A stretch of DNA of 64,000 nt from assembly GCA_965216565.1 (NCBI GenBank), contig OZ244170.1, forward strand, positions 2,560,001 to 2,624,000, written 5' to 3'. Positions 46,844 through 57,145 of the stretch are shown here, piece after piece. The notes beneath the pieces were generated by a model. The model saw nothing but the letters and a program-made list of their open reading frames with translations. It was not told where the DNA came from and ran no database searches. Position 1 is the stretch's first letter. Every line of letters begins with the position of its first letter. The position numbers were made by a program, and so were the translations under genes. Source of the DNA: Bythopirellula sp. GTDB taxonomy: Bacteria > Planctomycetota > Planctomycetia > Pirellulales > Lacipirellulaceae.

Positions 46844-47509
46844 ATGGCCACGATCATCAAAAAAGATTCTGAGTTCTACCCAAGCGGCAAACGCTTGAGC
46901 GTGATGGCCCTAGATATGGTCGATGTGGAAGGTCAGGTCGATCAGTACATCGAGCAGGTGCAGGCTCAGGCTGCCGAGATCGTTCAGAAGGCACAACAGG
47001 AAGCAGACACCATTCGCGCCCAGTCTGAACAGGCTGGACGCACTGCTGCAGAAGCCGCCATCGATCGGATTCTTGAGAAGAAGGTGGCCAAACAAATGCA
47101 AACACTGACTCCGGCTTTGCAGGCAGCCGTGAAGCAGATAGAAGACTCGCGGCAAGAATGGCTGCAGACCTGGGAAACGCGCACATTGCAACTTGCGTGT
47201 GCAATCGCCCAAAAGATTGTTCGTCGCGAACTACAGAACGAGCCCGAGTTGCCGCTGCAATGGATCTCCGAATCGCTCAAGCTTTGTGGCAAGGCCGCTG
47301 AGATCTTAGTGAGACTTCACCCCACCGATCATACGACGCTGGGCAACCAGGTCGCGGAGCTAGCCAACCAGTTTGCACCGGCTGCTGAAACCAAGATCAT
47401 CGCCGATCCCAATCTCTCGCCGGGGGGATGCAAGGTGGAAACAGAATTTGGTTCGATCGATCAACAAATCGAAACCCAACTTGAACGAATTATCCAAGAG
47501 ATGCAGTAG
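46844..47509 (+). CDS. fliH: Flagellar assembly protein FliH
   Basis: VRLHPTD, ADPNLSPGGCKVETEFGSID. Confidence 0.9.
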   Translation: MATIIKKDSEFYPSGKRLSVMALDMVDVEGQVDQYIEQVQAQAAEIVQKAQQEADTIRAQSEQAGRTAAEAAIDRILEKKVAKQMQTLTPALQAAVKQIEDSRQEWLQTWETRTLQLACAIAQKIVRRELQNEPELPLQWISESLKLCGKAAEILVRLHPTDHTTLGNQVAELANQFAPAAETKIIADPNLSPGGCKVETEFGSIDQQIETQLERIIQEMQ

Positions 47510-47539
47510 TCGCTGCAAGAATCTAGTAACCCTGAAACA

Positions 47540-48931
47540 ATGCCTGAATCTCAACTACCAAAACACGTGCAGAGTGCCATGCTAGCCGGACTCACCGGAA
47601 GCGTGGTGCAAACCACTGGATTGACTGCATCGGTTGCCGGTTTTGCAGCGCCGGTCGGTGCGTTGGTAAGTATCGAGCGTCAGTCGGGCGAGGGTATCGA
47701 AGCAGAAGTCATTGGATTCAAGGACGAACACACATTGGTCATGCCGCTCAGCAATCTGGAAGGCATCCGGCGCGGCTCGCCCGTGAAATTAGTACGCACA
47801 TCGCGAACGCTCCGAGTAGGCGAAGGCCTGATAGGCCGTGTCGTGGACGCTCGTGGGCGAAGCATCGATGGGCGACCACAGCCCATGCTCAGCGAACGAG
47901 TACCCCTCGAGCAGAAACCAATTTCGCCGACACTCAGACCGCGCATCGTAGAGCCTTTGGGTACCGGAGTAAAAGCCATCGACGGCATGCTCACGTGTGG
48001 CCAGGGCCAGAGAATCGGAATTTTCGCTGGCTCCGGCGTCGGCAAGAGTGTGCTGTTGGGAATGATGGGGCGCAATACTAGCGCTGACATCACCGTGATT
48101 GCCCTAATCGGCGAACGGGGTCGGGAAGTGAACGACTTTATCCAACGTGAACTTGGCCCCGAGGGGCTTCAAAAGTCCGTAGTCGTAGTCGCGACAAGCA
48201 ATGAGCCGGCACTCTTGAAGGTGCAAGCAGCTTACACGGCGACAGCCATTGCCGAGTATTTTTCTGACCGTGGCAAAAACGTGCTCTTGCTTATGGACTC
48301 GGTGACGCGTTTTGCTATGGCGCAGCGGGAAATCGGATTATCGGCTGGCGAGCCACCCACGACGCGCGGATATCCGCCGTCGATGTTTTCGTCATTGCCA
48401 AAGCTGGTTGAAAGAGCAGGACGAACTCCCACGGGGAGCATTACCGCCTTCTATTCCGTACTCGTCGAGGGCGATGATGAAAATGAGCCTGTCGCCGATA
48501 CCATACGCGGGCTGCTAGATGGTCATGTCTGGTTATCTCGCCGCTTGGCAACGAAGGGACATTTTCCAGCAATCGACGTGCTGGCAAGTATCAGCCGGCT
48601 CATGAACGAAGTGGCTGATCCCCAGCACCTCGAAAGTGCAAAGCTCATACGCCGACTGTTGTCGGTACTGGCCGAGAACGAAGATTTGCTCGCCATTGGT
48701 GCCTACCGAAAAGGCACCAATCGAGAAATCGACGTGGCGGTAGCAATCCAGAGCGAGATCAATGCCGTTTTGACGCAGTCCACTTCCGAGGCCTCCACGC
48801 CAGAAGACACAGCCGCAAAGATAAATGCCATCGCTCAGAGATGTGCGCCCTTGTTGACAACCACATCACCAGCAGCCCCAGCAGCGGCCGCGACAGCAGA
48901 TACGCAACCCTCAGCAAACATCCAGCAATAG
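47540..48931 (+). CDS. fliI: Flagellar export ATPase FliI
   Basis: GIFAGSGVGKS, GERGREV, DSVTRFAMAQREIGL, LLDGH. Confidence 0.97.
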   Translation: MPESQLPKHVQSAMLAGLTGSVVQTTGLTASVAGFAAPVGALVSIERQSGEGIEAEVIGFKDEHTLVMPLSNLEGIRRGSPVKLVRTSRTLRVGEGLIGRVVDARGRSIDGRPQPMLSERVPLEQKPISPTLRPRIVEPLGTGVKAIDGMLTCGQGQRIGIFAGSGVGKSVLLGMMGRNTSADITVIALIGERGREVNDFIQRELGPEGLQKSVVVVATSNEPALLKVQAAYTATAIAEYFSDRGKNVLLLMDSVTRFAMAQREIGLSAGEPPTTRGYPPSMFSSLPKLVERAGRTPTGSITAFYSVLVEGDDENEPVADTIRGLLDGHVWLSRRLATKGHFPAIDVLASISRLMNEVADPQHLESAKLIRRLLSVLAENEDLLAIGAYRKGTNREIDVAVAIQSEINAVLTQSTSEASTPEDTAAKINAIAQRCAPLLTTTSPAAPAAAATADTQPSANIQQ

Positions 48932-48955
48932 AAAAAAACGAATCACCTGCAAGCC

Positions 48956-49402
48956 ATGGCAAAGTTTCAATTTCGATTGGAGACGCTTAGAAAAATCAGA
49001 ATGGCCCACCGAGACGAAGTTCGAGCCAAACTGGCGGATGCTTTCCAGGCCGCCCAATTGCTCGAACAACGACGGCAAGCCATCGCAGAAGAGATTGCCG
49101 CAACGCAAGTGTTTCAGCGCGAGGCAGCAACTCGAAAGCAGTCCGATGTAAACAGTTTAATGGAAAGTCAACGCTACCAAGCAGTTTTACGATCCGAGCA
49201 ACAAACAATTCAGCAACAGGGCGAACAATTAGAAGTTGAAATAGAGAAGCGAAGGTTAGTTGTCGTCGAGGCGGATCGTGAAGTCCGCGTGCTCGACAAG
49301 CTCGAAGAGCGCCAACTAAGCCAACACAAACAACAACAAACTAGAACCGAGAACAAGGTGCTCGACGAAATCGCATCCCAACGGTTTAAGAATAAGCAGT
49401 AA
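48956..49402 (+). CDS. fliJ: Flagellar export protein FliJ
   Basis: FQFRLETL, LDKLEER, LDE; follows fliI. Confidence 0.88.
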   Translation: MAKFQFRLETLRKIRMAHRDEVRAKLADAFQAAQLLEQRRQAIAEEIAATQVFQREAATRKQSDVNSLMESQRYQAVLRSEQQTIQQQGEQLEVEIEKRRLVVVEADREVRVLDKLEERQLSQHKQQQTRTENKVLDEIASQRFKNKQ

Positions 49403-49410
49403 GAGCTGAC

Positions 49411-50097
49411 ATGATACGCATACTGTTTCCACTCATTGGATTCTTGTGCACTGCAACGGTGATCACACTGTTTGCCGGCTTTGGGTACTTGCGCAATTCT
49501 GGAATGCTGGATGACGAGAAGATGTTCCGCATCGTTTCGATGCTGCACGGAGTCGATTTGGAAGAAATCGCCGAGAAGCACCACAAGACAGAGGCCGACA
49601 TCCCAGCGGAAGAAACCTCCTACCAGCAGGAACTTGAGTATGGCCAGATCGCCAGACTCAATTTGCAGGCAAAGCAAGATGACTTGGAGAAGAACATTCT
49701 CGTTTTCCGCGATCTAAAAACCACGGTCAGTGTCAACATGGCTCACTACCAAGCCCTCAAGGGCGAGGTCGAACAATATCTGAAAGAACGAGAAGAGAAG
49801 GCGCGTCAAACAGGATTGCAGGCGGTACGTCAGCAGGTCGAAAGTTTAGTTGCGAAAAAACAAGCGAAACCACTGCTCGTGGGCTGGCTGAGCGAGGGTC
49901 GTATCGACGACGTGATTCTCATCCTCAACGGAATCTCGCAACGGAGCCGACGCGCGATCATCCAAACTTTTGATACCCCCGAAGATGTGCAGATGTTGAA
50001 AAAGATCTACGAGCAAATGCTAAGTGGGCATCCTGAGAAAACCTTCATCGAAGAGAAACTCCAAGACCTTAAGAAACTAAACCAACAAGATCTCTAA
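49411..50097 (+). CDS. Membrane-anchored flagellar accessory protein (MotE/FlbB-like)
   Basis: N-terminal TM, coiled coil, C-terminal KQAK..L...VILIL..I..R....I helical pattern; lies between fliJ and fliK. Confidence 0.6.
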   Translation: MIRILFPLIGFLCTATVITLFAGFGYLRNSGMLDDEKMFRIVSMLHGVDLEEIAEKHHKTEADIPAEETSYQQELEYGQIARLNLQAKQDDLEKNILVFRDLKTTVSVNMAHYQALKGEVEQYLKEREEKARQTGLQAVRQQVESLVAKKQAKPLLVGWLSEGRIDDVILILNGISQRSRRAIIQTFDTPEDVQMLKKIYEQMLSGHPEKTFIEEKLQDLKKLNQQDL

Positions 50098-50117
50098 GCA
50101 TAACTAGGGGCTCACGG

Positions 50118-51599
50118 ATGAGCACTTCCATATCACCATTGCTACAGATTGCTGCTCCCCAGCAGGCTTCCAAGTCGAACCTGACCGAGAACGGCCCAGG
50201 CAACGACTTTGAAAATCTGCTGGCGGAAGCTAGTGATTCGGCAAAGGCATCAACGGAGCACTCCCGAAATGTATCCCGCAGTTCCTCAGCCAACGAGCTA
50301 GCCAAAGACAAACACCGGGAAGAGGAAACCTCTCAGTCCGATCGAGAAGAACTACAGCCCAACGAAGCTGTGGCCAACAGTGAACTTTCGGCGGAAGACG
50401 AATCGCTCGCGGAGGATTCGGTCGAACTCTCCGAGGCAGCCGCCATCTTGCAAGATTTGTCCTCCAATGAAGAGACCGTCATTTTTCAGGCCGCCGCGAC
50501 CGGCAGCTTCGAAGCAGAGGTACTGCATGTCATAGCCGCTGAGTATACTCCCAACGCACAAATCGCTCCCCCTCTCCTCTCACCGGCCGTGGAGGGCGGA
50601 CTAGCTCCGGAGCAGCAGGCCGAAGCAGTCCTGCAAACGGGACTGGGCGAATTGACAGAGGCGACTGCGGCCCTTCACGCTTCCGGATTAGCATCGGAGG
50701 CAGTGGCCACGGCAGACGTTCAGGCAATCTCTCCGATCGAAGGTAATCCACTTGCAGGTGATACCAACAATCAAGAACAAGGCAACAAGCCGCAACCTCA
50801 AGCGGCAGTTGAGGAATTATCTGAGGCTTCGGCTCTAGTTGAGCAAAGTGAAGGCGACGCTCTTCAGCCAAACGCAGAATTGCCAAATTCAGATCAGCCG
50901 TCGAAAGGCTCCGAGCCTACGCACGGGGCGACAACCCATCAATCAGAAGTCGCCGATTCCTCTGCGCAAGTGCAGCATTCTATCGAACAAATTCCGCGGG
51001 TCGAGGTCGCCACTGCTGAGACGGCACCTCCCCCGGATAGCTCCGCCAGCCAAGTTGAGGCCCCAGTCGCTAAGGCACCGGAAATACTTGGCAATGCACA
51101 AGCCGAAGGCCCAGCTAATGTCACCGCCGAACCGGAGCCGGTTCCAACTACAGATCGCTATCGGTTTGTGCAACGAGTGAGTCGGGCATTTCAATCGGCG
51201 AAGTCGAATGCTGGTGAAATCCAATTGAAACTCAGCCCTCCGGAACTCGGCACATTAAAATTAGCCATCTCTGTCGAGCAGGGAGTCGTTTCGGCCAAGG
51301 TGGAAACCGAAACAGCCGCGGCGCGAAATATCTTGCTCGACAATTTGCCGGCGTTGCGTGAAAGACTAGCGGAGCAGGACATCCGTGTTGAGAAGTTCGA
51401 TGTGGATGTTGGCCGCGATGGCGAACAGGCCGACCAGCAAAGTCGCTTCGACAACGAGGATCGGCAGCACGATCGTCCCGCGCAGCAAGATGGCACTGGC
51501 ACGAACGCAGTAGCCTCGAGCTCACAGAACGCCGCTGAAGAGTCGGGCCCCGAGCAAACACAGATTCAAACCAGCGACAGTTTAGACGTCAGTATTTAA
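50118..51599 (+). CDS. fliK: Hook-length control protein FliK
   Basis: Low-complexity A/E/S/P N-terminus; LKLSPPELGTL...LPALRERL C-terminal domain. Confidence 0.92.
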   Translation: MSTSISPLLQIAAPQQASKSNLTENGPGNDFENLLAEASDSAKASTEHSRNVSRSSSANELAKDKHREEETSQSDREELQPNEAVANSELSAEDESLAEDSVELSEAAAILQDLSSNEETVIFQAAATGSFEAEVLHVIAAEYTPNAQIAPPLLSPAVEGGLAPEQQAEAVLQTGLGELTEATAALHASGLASEAVATADVQAISPIEGNPLAGDTNNQEQGNKPQPQAAVEELSEASALVEQSEGDALQPNAELPNSDQPSKGSEPTHGATTHQSEVADSSAQVQHSIEQIPRVEVATAETAPPPDSSASQVEAPVAKAPEILGNAQAEGPANVTAEPEPVPTTDRYRFVQRVSRAFQSAKSNAGEIQLKLSPPELGTLKLAISVEQGVVSAKVETETAAARNILLDNLPALRERLAEQDIRVEKFDVDVGRDGEQADQQSRFDNEDRQHDRPAQQDGTGTNAVASSSQNAAEESGPEQTQIQTSDSLDVSI

Positions 51600-51642
51600 G
51601 ACAACCATTCCTCAGATTACATCCTGAGCAGGAACTAGCCAG

Positions 51643-52398
51643 ATGACACAGATAAGCAATGTCCTCGCTGCGAACAACCAGCCCTCTGGTGCCGGCAGCG
51701 CACTAAATGACGTGGATCTGGATGATTTTCTCAATCTCATGATTGCGGAATTGCAGAACCAGGACCCCCTAAATCCGTTGGAAAACGACGAACTCATAGC
51801 CCAGATCAGCCAGATTCGTGAGGTGGGAGCAACCGAGAATCTTACTCAAACGCTCAATGCCGTGTTGCTAGGACAGAACATTTCCAGCGCCACGAACTTG
51901 ATTGGTGCAGACGTGGTCGCATTGAACGATGTTGGTCAACGCGTATCCGGCAACGTGCGGGTAGTGACTATCGTCGACGGCCAACCGCAACTCGACTTGG
52001 CAATTGACCCTTCGGCCACGGTTCCCGAACAGGAAGGTGGAATCGAGGAAGGCGAATACGCTTACGAAGTGGTTTGGGAAGGCGACGAAGGCGGACTGTT
52101 TGGAGTGGAAATCGGCGCTTCGACTTCGGGTGCCTCCGACTTTGGCGGTGCGATTCAACTCAACAACCTGCCCGAAACCTCGACCCAGAAAACGATCTAC
52201 CGCACAGATAAGACTGGTACCGGCGATCGTAAAAAAGTGGGTAACGTCGCAGGCCGATCGACAACATTTGTGGATACGGTGGCCGACAAAGATCGAATTG
52301 GCCTGGCACATACGCGACAGGTGACCCCGGTCCAGTTCGCCGGTTTGGAAAGAGTATTGCTCAGCAACGTAGGCGAGATTCGTCCGCCGGCTGAATAG
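51643..52398 (+). CDS. flgD: Hook capping protein FlgD with an extra C-terminal module
   Basis: DDFLNLMIAELQNQDPLNP. Confidence 0.92.
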   Translation: MTQISNVLAANNQPSGAGSALNDVDLDDFLNLMIAELQNQDPLNPLENDELIAQISQIREVGATENLTQTLNAVLLGQNISSATNLIGADVVALNDVGQRVSGNVRVVTIVDGQPQLDLAIDPSATVPEQEGGIEEGEYAYEVVWEGDEGGLFGVEIGASTSGASDFGGAIQLNNLPETSTQKTIYRTDKTGTGDRKKVGNVAGRSTTFVDTVADKDRIGLAHTRQVTPVQFAGLERVLLSNVGEIRPPAE

Positions 52399-52478
52399 CG
52401 CTGAGTGGCGTCATTCAGAATTAAAACAGTTCACAATATCAACAAACATTACTTATAGTTCGAAACAGGGAGCATGTC

Positions 52479-54938
52479 ATGGGTCTTCAATCAGCATTAA
52501 CGACCGCCTTAACCGGTCTGCAAGCCGCCGAAACCACGATCGATGTGATTGGCAATAACGTTGCCAACTCTCAGACGGTTGGCTTCAAGGAATCGGACGC
52601 GGTGTTTGCCACGCAGTTTTTGCAAACGATCAGCATCGGTGCGGCTCCCAGCACCAACTCCGGCGGCACCAACCCTCGTCAAATTGGTTTGGGTGTGAAG
52701 GTCGCAGAGATCTCTCCCAATTTCACGCAGGGTACGATCGAAATTAGCTCGAACCCGCTGGATGTGGCCATTCAAGGCGACGGATTCTTGATCGTGCAGT
52801 CGGGTACCAGCCGACTCTACACACGCAACGGACAGTTGAAACTCAACGCCGAGAACGAAATCACCACTCCCACCGGCCAGCGGTTGCTGGGTTATGGGGT
52901 GAATGATGACTATGAGATTCAGACCGATACGTTGGTGCCGCTCACGATTCCAGTCGGCGAAGAGCGGGTCGCCCAACAAACAAGTCTGGCCAACTTTAGT
53001 GGTGTGCTCAATCCATCCGTTGATTTAGGGGCGACGCCCTCGATATCTCAGTCAGTTGTGCTTGGTGATGGATCGGTTGAACAACCTGTCGCTGCTGATC
53101 CGGCCATTCTAGGCGACAATGAGCTTCTGGAAGCGGCAACACCACAGGCAGGTCTTGTGACGGCAGATACATCGTCTGCCACACTCCCCGGACCGGGAGC
53201 AGCAGTAGTTAACTATCGGTTCGTCTACCTAGATGACAATCTGACCGAACCGCAGGAAGGAAACGTCTCAATCGAGCGGTCGATTGACAACACTGACGGT
53301 GCGGGAGAAATCTTGCTTGAAGATTTGCCTCAGCAGTCGGGGACCGCTTGGACCGGCATTGCCATTTACAGGCAAGACCCGGCTAGCAGCGACTACTTTC
53401 TAGTTGGAAACACAACCAGCACTAGCTTTACGGACAACGTCGACGATGCCACACTCGTTACGAATCAAGAACTCGATGAGAGCATTATCGACGGAGGTAG
53501 CTATAGCTACTACATCACCTACTACAATTCGACCGAGTTTATCGAAACCCGACCCTCTGTCAGAGTTGGGCCGGTGACATTGGACGAGCCTGGGAGCAAG
53601 ATTCGTCTCGATTTCTCCGATCTTGCTCCGCCTAACGACGTGGGTTTCGATCAAATTCGTATCTACCGAAATACCTCGGACGACACATCACGATTCTATC
53701 GAGTGGATACAGACATCGATCCCATCGACATCTCAGCAACGAGCTATGTCGACAATACGCCAGATTCCACGATCCTTCTCCAAGACGAAGAGATCAATCT
53801 AGATGGTCCTCCTTCGCAAAATGACACGCTACTGTCCGACTTGGTTGTCCGAAGTGGCGAAACATATATAAACGATTTGTTTAGCGAGGGAACGCTTACC
53901 TTCCGTGCTGAGAAAGATGGAGTTGATATAGATCCTAAGACTCTCGATATCACGGCAACAACGACCGTGCTAGATTTAACTACATTCATTGAAGACGCCT
54001 TGGGTATCGATGAAGAGTCACAGACTGAAACGCCATTTCCAACCGCTGGTAATGTCGAATTGATCGACGGTCAAATTCGCATTACTAGCAATCTGGGTGA
54101 GGAAAATGCAATCGAAATCCCACCCGCAGCATTCCGATTTCAAGCGGCCGGCGAAGTTTCTTCCGATTCGCTTGATATTTCCTTTACCGAAACGCAAGTT
54201 GCCGATGGGCCAGGCACATCAACTGAGCTGGTCGTTTACGATTCTCTAGGTTTGCCACTAAACGTAAGGATTACGACCGTACTAGAGGAGAAAAACTCTA
54301 ATACGACCGTTTATCGCTGGTACGCGACCAGCGGTAGCAACGAGCCACTTTCACCAGATCAAACCACCGTGGTTGGAGACGGACGCCTTGTGTTCGATAG
54401 TAATGGCGATCTGATCAATGCTGATCAGAACCAAATTAGCGTACAGCGGAATACGACAGCTTCTGAATCCCCATTGGGAATCGAACTCAACTTCAACCAG
54501 GTAAAAGCACTCGGCGAAACCGATGCCCAGGGCAATCCCATCAGTTCGCTGAACTTTACCAGCCAGGACGGTTTTCCACCGGGTGTGTTGACCGATTTTA
54601 TCATTACCGACGATGGCCTTATCCAGGGTCAGTTCAGCAATGGTACGCAGCGGGCCGTGGGGCAGCTTGTGATGGCACGGTTTGCTAATAACTCTGGTCT
54701 GCAACAAGTGGGCGACAGTTTATTCAATGTTGGTGTGAACTCTGGCGAGCCGATTTTCGGTGCTCCCGGTGAGGAGGGCATCGGCACACTCACCGCCGGT
54801 GCGGTCGAGCTTTCCAATACCGACATCGGTCAGAACCTGATCGAGTTGATCTTGGCCTCCACCCAGTATCGAGGTGGCGCGCGGGTCATTACGGCTACCC
54901 AAGAATTGCTCGATGAGCTCTTGGCTCTTCAGAGATAG
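52479..54938 (+). CDS. flgE: Flagellar hook protein FlgE (819 aa, large insertion)
   Basis: GNNVANSQTVGFK, LDVAIQGDGF, YTRNG, ELSNTD, C-terminal D0 helix. Confidence 0.95.
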   Translation: MGLQSALTTALTGLQAAETTIDVIGNNVANSQTVGFKESDAVFATQFLQTISIGAAPSTNSGGTNPRQIGLGVKVAEISPNFTQGTIEISSNPLDVAIQGDGFLIVQSGTSRLYTRNGQLKLNAENEITTPTGQRLLGYGVNDDYEIQTDTLVPLTIPVGEERVAQQTSLANFSGVLNPSVDLGATPSISQSVVLGDGSVEQPVAADPAILGDNELLEAATPQAGLVTADTSSATLPGPGAAVVNYRFVYLDDNLTEPQEGNVSIERSIDNTDGAGEILLEDLPQQSGTAWTGIAIYRQDPASSDYFLVGNTTSTSFTDNVDDATLVTNQELDESIIDGGSYSYYITYYNSTEFIETRPSVRVGPVTLDEPGSKIRLDFSDLAPPNDVGFDQIRIYRNTSDDTSRFYRVDTDIDPIDISATSYVDNTPDSTILLQDEEINLDGPPSQNDTLLSDLVVRSGETYINDLFSEGTLTFRAEKDGVDIDPKTLDITATTTVLDLTTFIEDALGIDEESQTETPFPTAGNVELIDGQIRITSNLGEENAIEIPPAAFRFQAAGEVSSDSLDISFTETQVADGPGTSTELVVYDSLGLPLNVRITTVLEEKNSNTTVYRWYATSGSNEPLSPDQTTVVGDGRLVFDSNGDLINADQNQISVQRNTTASESPLGIELNFNQVKALGETDAQGNPISSLNFTSQDGFPPGVLTDFIITDDGLIQGQFSNGTQRAVGQLVMARFANNSGLQQVGDSLFNVGVNSGEPIFGAPGEEGIGTLTAGAVELSNTDIGQNLIELILASTQYRGGARVITATQELLDELLALQR

Positions 54939-54966
54939 GTTGAGAATGATCATCGCAACTCAAAGT

Positions 54967-55006
54967 CCCCTCCCCTAACCCCTCCCCCGAGAACGGGAGA
55001 GAAGGA
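54967..55006. repeat. Family C hairpin repeat
   Basis: CCCCTCCCCTAACCCCTCCCCCGAGAACGGGAGAGAAGGA; matches 16598. Confidence 0.65.
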
Positions 55007-55046
55007 ATTGGTGGAGCGGTCCATGACTAAACTTCGGAACTAAATC

Positions 55047-55259
55047 ATGATTAAGCTCACGCGACTCGATGGAGAGGCATTCGTCCTGAATGCGGATCTC
55101 ATTAAATACGTCGAACAGCGTCCAGATACGTTCATTACCTTGACGCTAGGGGACAGAATTGTGGTGAAGGAATCTCCCGATGAGGTGATGGAGTTGACCA
55201 TCGAATATCAACGCAGCAAACGCTTAGTACCGGAAAGTGCCCAGAGATTCAGGGCCTAG
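55047..55259 (+). CDS. flbD: Flagellar FlbD/SwrD family protein
   Basis: MIKLTRLDGEAFVLNADLIKYVEQRPDTFITL...VVKES. Confidence 0.92.
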   Translation: MIKLTRLDGEAFVLNADLIKYVEQRPDTFITLTLGDRIVVKESPDEVMELTIEYQRSKRLVPESAQRFRA

Positions 55260-55488
55260 GCGGGCGGTGCTGTCGATTGTGACGGTTGTAAGAAACGAAC
55301 CGCGAAAGTGACTGAAAAGATGCGACCCTCAGGACTGGGCAAGCTATGGTTGACGAGACCCACAGCAACCTACAAACACTAGAAAAGTAGCGGTGCGCGA
55401 CGCGCGGCTCTCTAGTGCCTAGACGACTTATTTTGAATTGGCGAAGACAAAGCACTCGTAATTGACCCAAATGGGTCGTGGCGAATCC

Positions 55489-56259
55489 ATGGACATTGCA
55501 ACATTAGCTGGCGTACTGACAGCCATGGGACTGATCTTAGTATCGATCGTTCTTGGTGGCGGATCGTTTGGTGCCTTCTTCGATGCCCCTTCGATGATGG
55601 TGGTAATCGGCGGAGCCATCGCCGCTACGCTGATTTCGTTTCCGCTGAAAAACTTTCTGAGCGTCTTTGGCGTCGGTATGAAAGTCTTGCTGTATAAACT
55701 CGACTCCATCCCGGCTCTAGTGGAAGAGATTGTTAGCCTCGCCGAAACGGCTCGCCGCGACGGGTTGCTGGCTCTGGAGGGGCGCATCGACGAAATCAAG
55801 AATCCGTTTATTGTCATGGGTGTTCAGATGGCCGTTGACGGGACGCGGCCCGAAGTAATGGAAGACATTCTGCGTACTGAACTCGACGCCGTGGCCACTC
55901 GGCATCGGGACGGAAAGGGCTTGCTCGATTGCATGGGCCGTTTTGCTCCTGCGTTTGGCATGATCGGTACCCTGATGGGTCTGATTATCATGCTCGGCGA
56001 CATGAGCGATCCCTCCAAGATTGGCCAGGGAATGGCCGTTGCATTGCTCACGACGCTCTATGGAGCGATTGCCTCGAACGTGGTTTTCTTGCCCTTTGCA
56101 GAGAAACTTGGATTCACCAATAAACAAGAACTGCTGGCGATGGAGATCATTGTCCGCGGGATCATGGCCATACAATCGGGCGAAAATCCGCGGGTCATCG
56201 AGCAGAAGCTCAACACCTTTGTTCCGCCCAAGTATCGCACCACCGAACAAGCTGCGTAG
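55489..56259 (+). CDS. motA: Stator protein MotA/PomA
   Basis: ARRDGLLALE, APAFGMIGTL, ALLTTLYG, GENP. Confidence 0.95.
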   Translation: MDIATLAGVLTAMGLILVSIVLGGGSFGAFFDAPSMMVVIGGAIAATLISFPLKNFLSVFGVGMKVLLYKLDSIPALVEEIVSLAETARRDGLLALEGRIDEIKNPFIVMGVQMAVDGTRPEVMEDILRTELDAVATRHRDGKGLLDCMGRFAPAFGMIGTLMGLIIMLGDMSDPSKIGQGMAVALLTTLYGAIASNVVFLPFAEKLGFTNKQELLAMEIIVRGIMAIQSGENPRVIEQKLNTFVPPKYRTTEQAA

Positions 56260-56301
56260 ACCATTCAGACCGAGTGCCGCGAGTACTCCAAAGGCTTAGC
56301 G

Positions 56302-57045
56302 ATGGCAATAGAAGAAGAACCAGAACCAGGCATACCCGAATGGGTGGTGACCTTCGGCGATATGATGTCGCTGTTGCTGACGTTCTTCATCATGCTTGTT
56401 TCAATGAGCGAGCTGAAGGAAGACGAAAAGTATCAGGCGATGGTGGAATCGATCCGCGAACAGTTTGGCCACGACATGACCATGGCTTCCATGGCACCAG
56501 GCGATAGCCGCCCACGCGGGGCGTACTCGCCCAATCCGGTTTACAGCATGGGTCGATCCAAAAAGATGGATCTAAAGACGGGCGGTCAGGAAGTGAAGGC
56601 TGCTGTGGGCGACCACGAACGCGTAAAAATCGTTCGTCCTGGCGAAGATTCAACGGCTGGCGGCGTCGTCCACTTCCCGGAGCACTCCACAGAGCTCACC
56701 GAGGAGAATCGACGCGACCTGCAACGTATTATCGAGCAGATCGCGGGCAAGCCACAGAAAATTGAAATCCGCAGCCATACGACTCGTCGGCCTGTGGAGA
56801 CCGATAGCGGCTTCCGCGACGAGTGGGACCTGGCCTACGCCCGATCGCGAAATGTCATGAAATTCTTGATCGAGCAAGATATTGATCCCGATCGCATTCG
56901 ATTGGGTCCAGCGGGGGCAGGCGAACCACTCTACAACGGGGTCGATCCAGACCGATTATTACGGAATTCACGGGTAGAAATCCTGATGTGGGACGAGCGA
57001 GTCCAAGACCTGGACCATAGCGAGCCGGTCGCACCGAATCCTTAA
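56302..57045 (+). CDS. motB: Stator protein MotB/PomB
   Basis: WVVTFGDMMSLLLTFFIML TM with the conserved Asp; OmpA-like C-terminus (NSRVEI). Confidence 0.93.
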   Translation: MAIEEEPEPGIPEWVVTFGDMMSLLLTFFIMLVSMSELKEDEKYQAMVESIREQFGHDMTMASMAPGDSRPRGAYSPNPVYSMGRSKKMDLKTGGQEVKAAVGDHERVKIVRPGEDSTAGGVVHFPEHSTELTEENRRDLQRIIEQIAGKPQKIEIRSHTTRRPVETDSGFRDEWDLAYARSRNVMKFLIEQDIDPDRIRLGPAGAGEPLYNGVDPDRLLRNSRVEILMWDERVQDLDHSEPVAPNP

Positions 57046-57145
57046 GCTAGAGTTGTGAGGAGATTATCGATCCTGCGGGTGGAGCAATCCACTTGGCACC
57101 GCACGAGGTTGCATCCTCGGAGAGCAAAGAGTCAAAGGACATAAC

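Noticed and set aside
57094..57113. TGGCAC...TTGCA upstream of fliL as a sigma54 promoter
   Set aside because: GG-to-GC spacing is not the required 10 nt.
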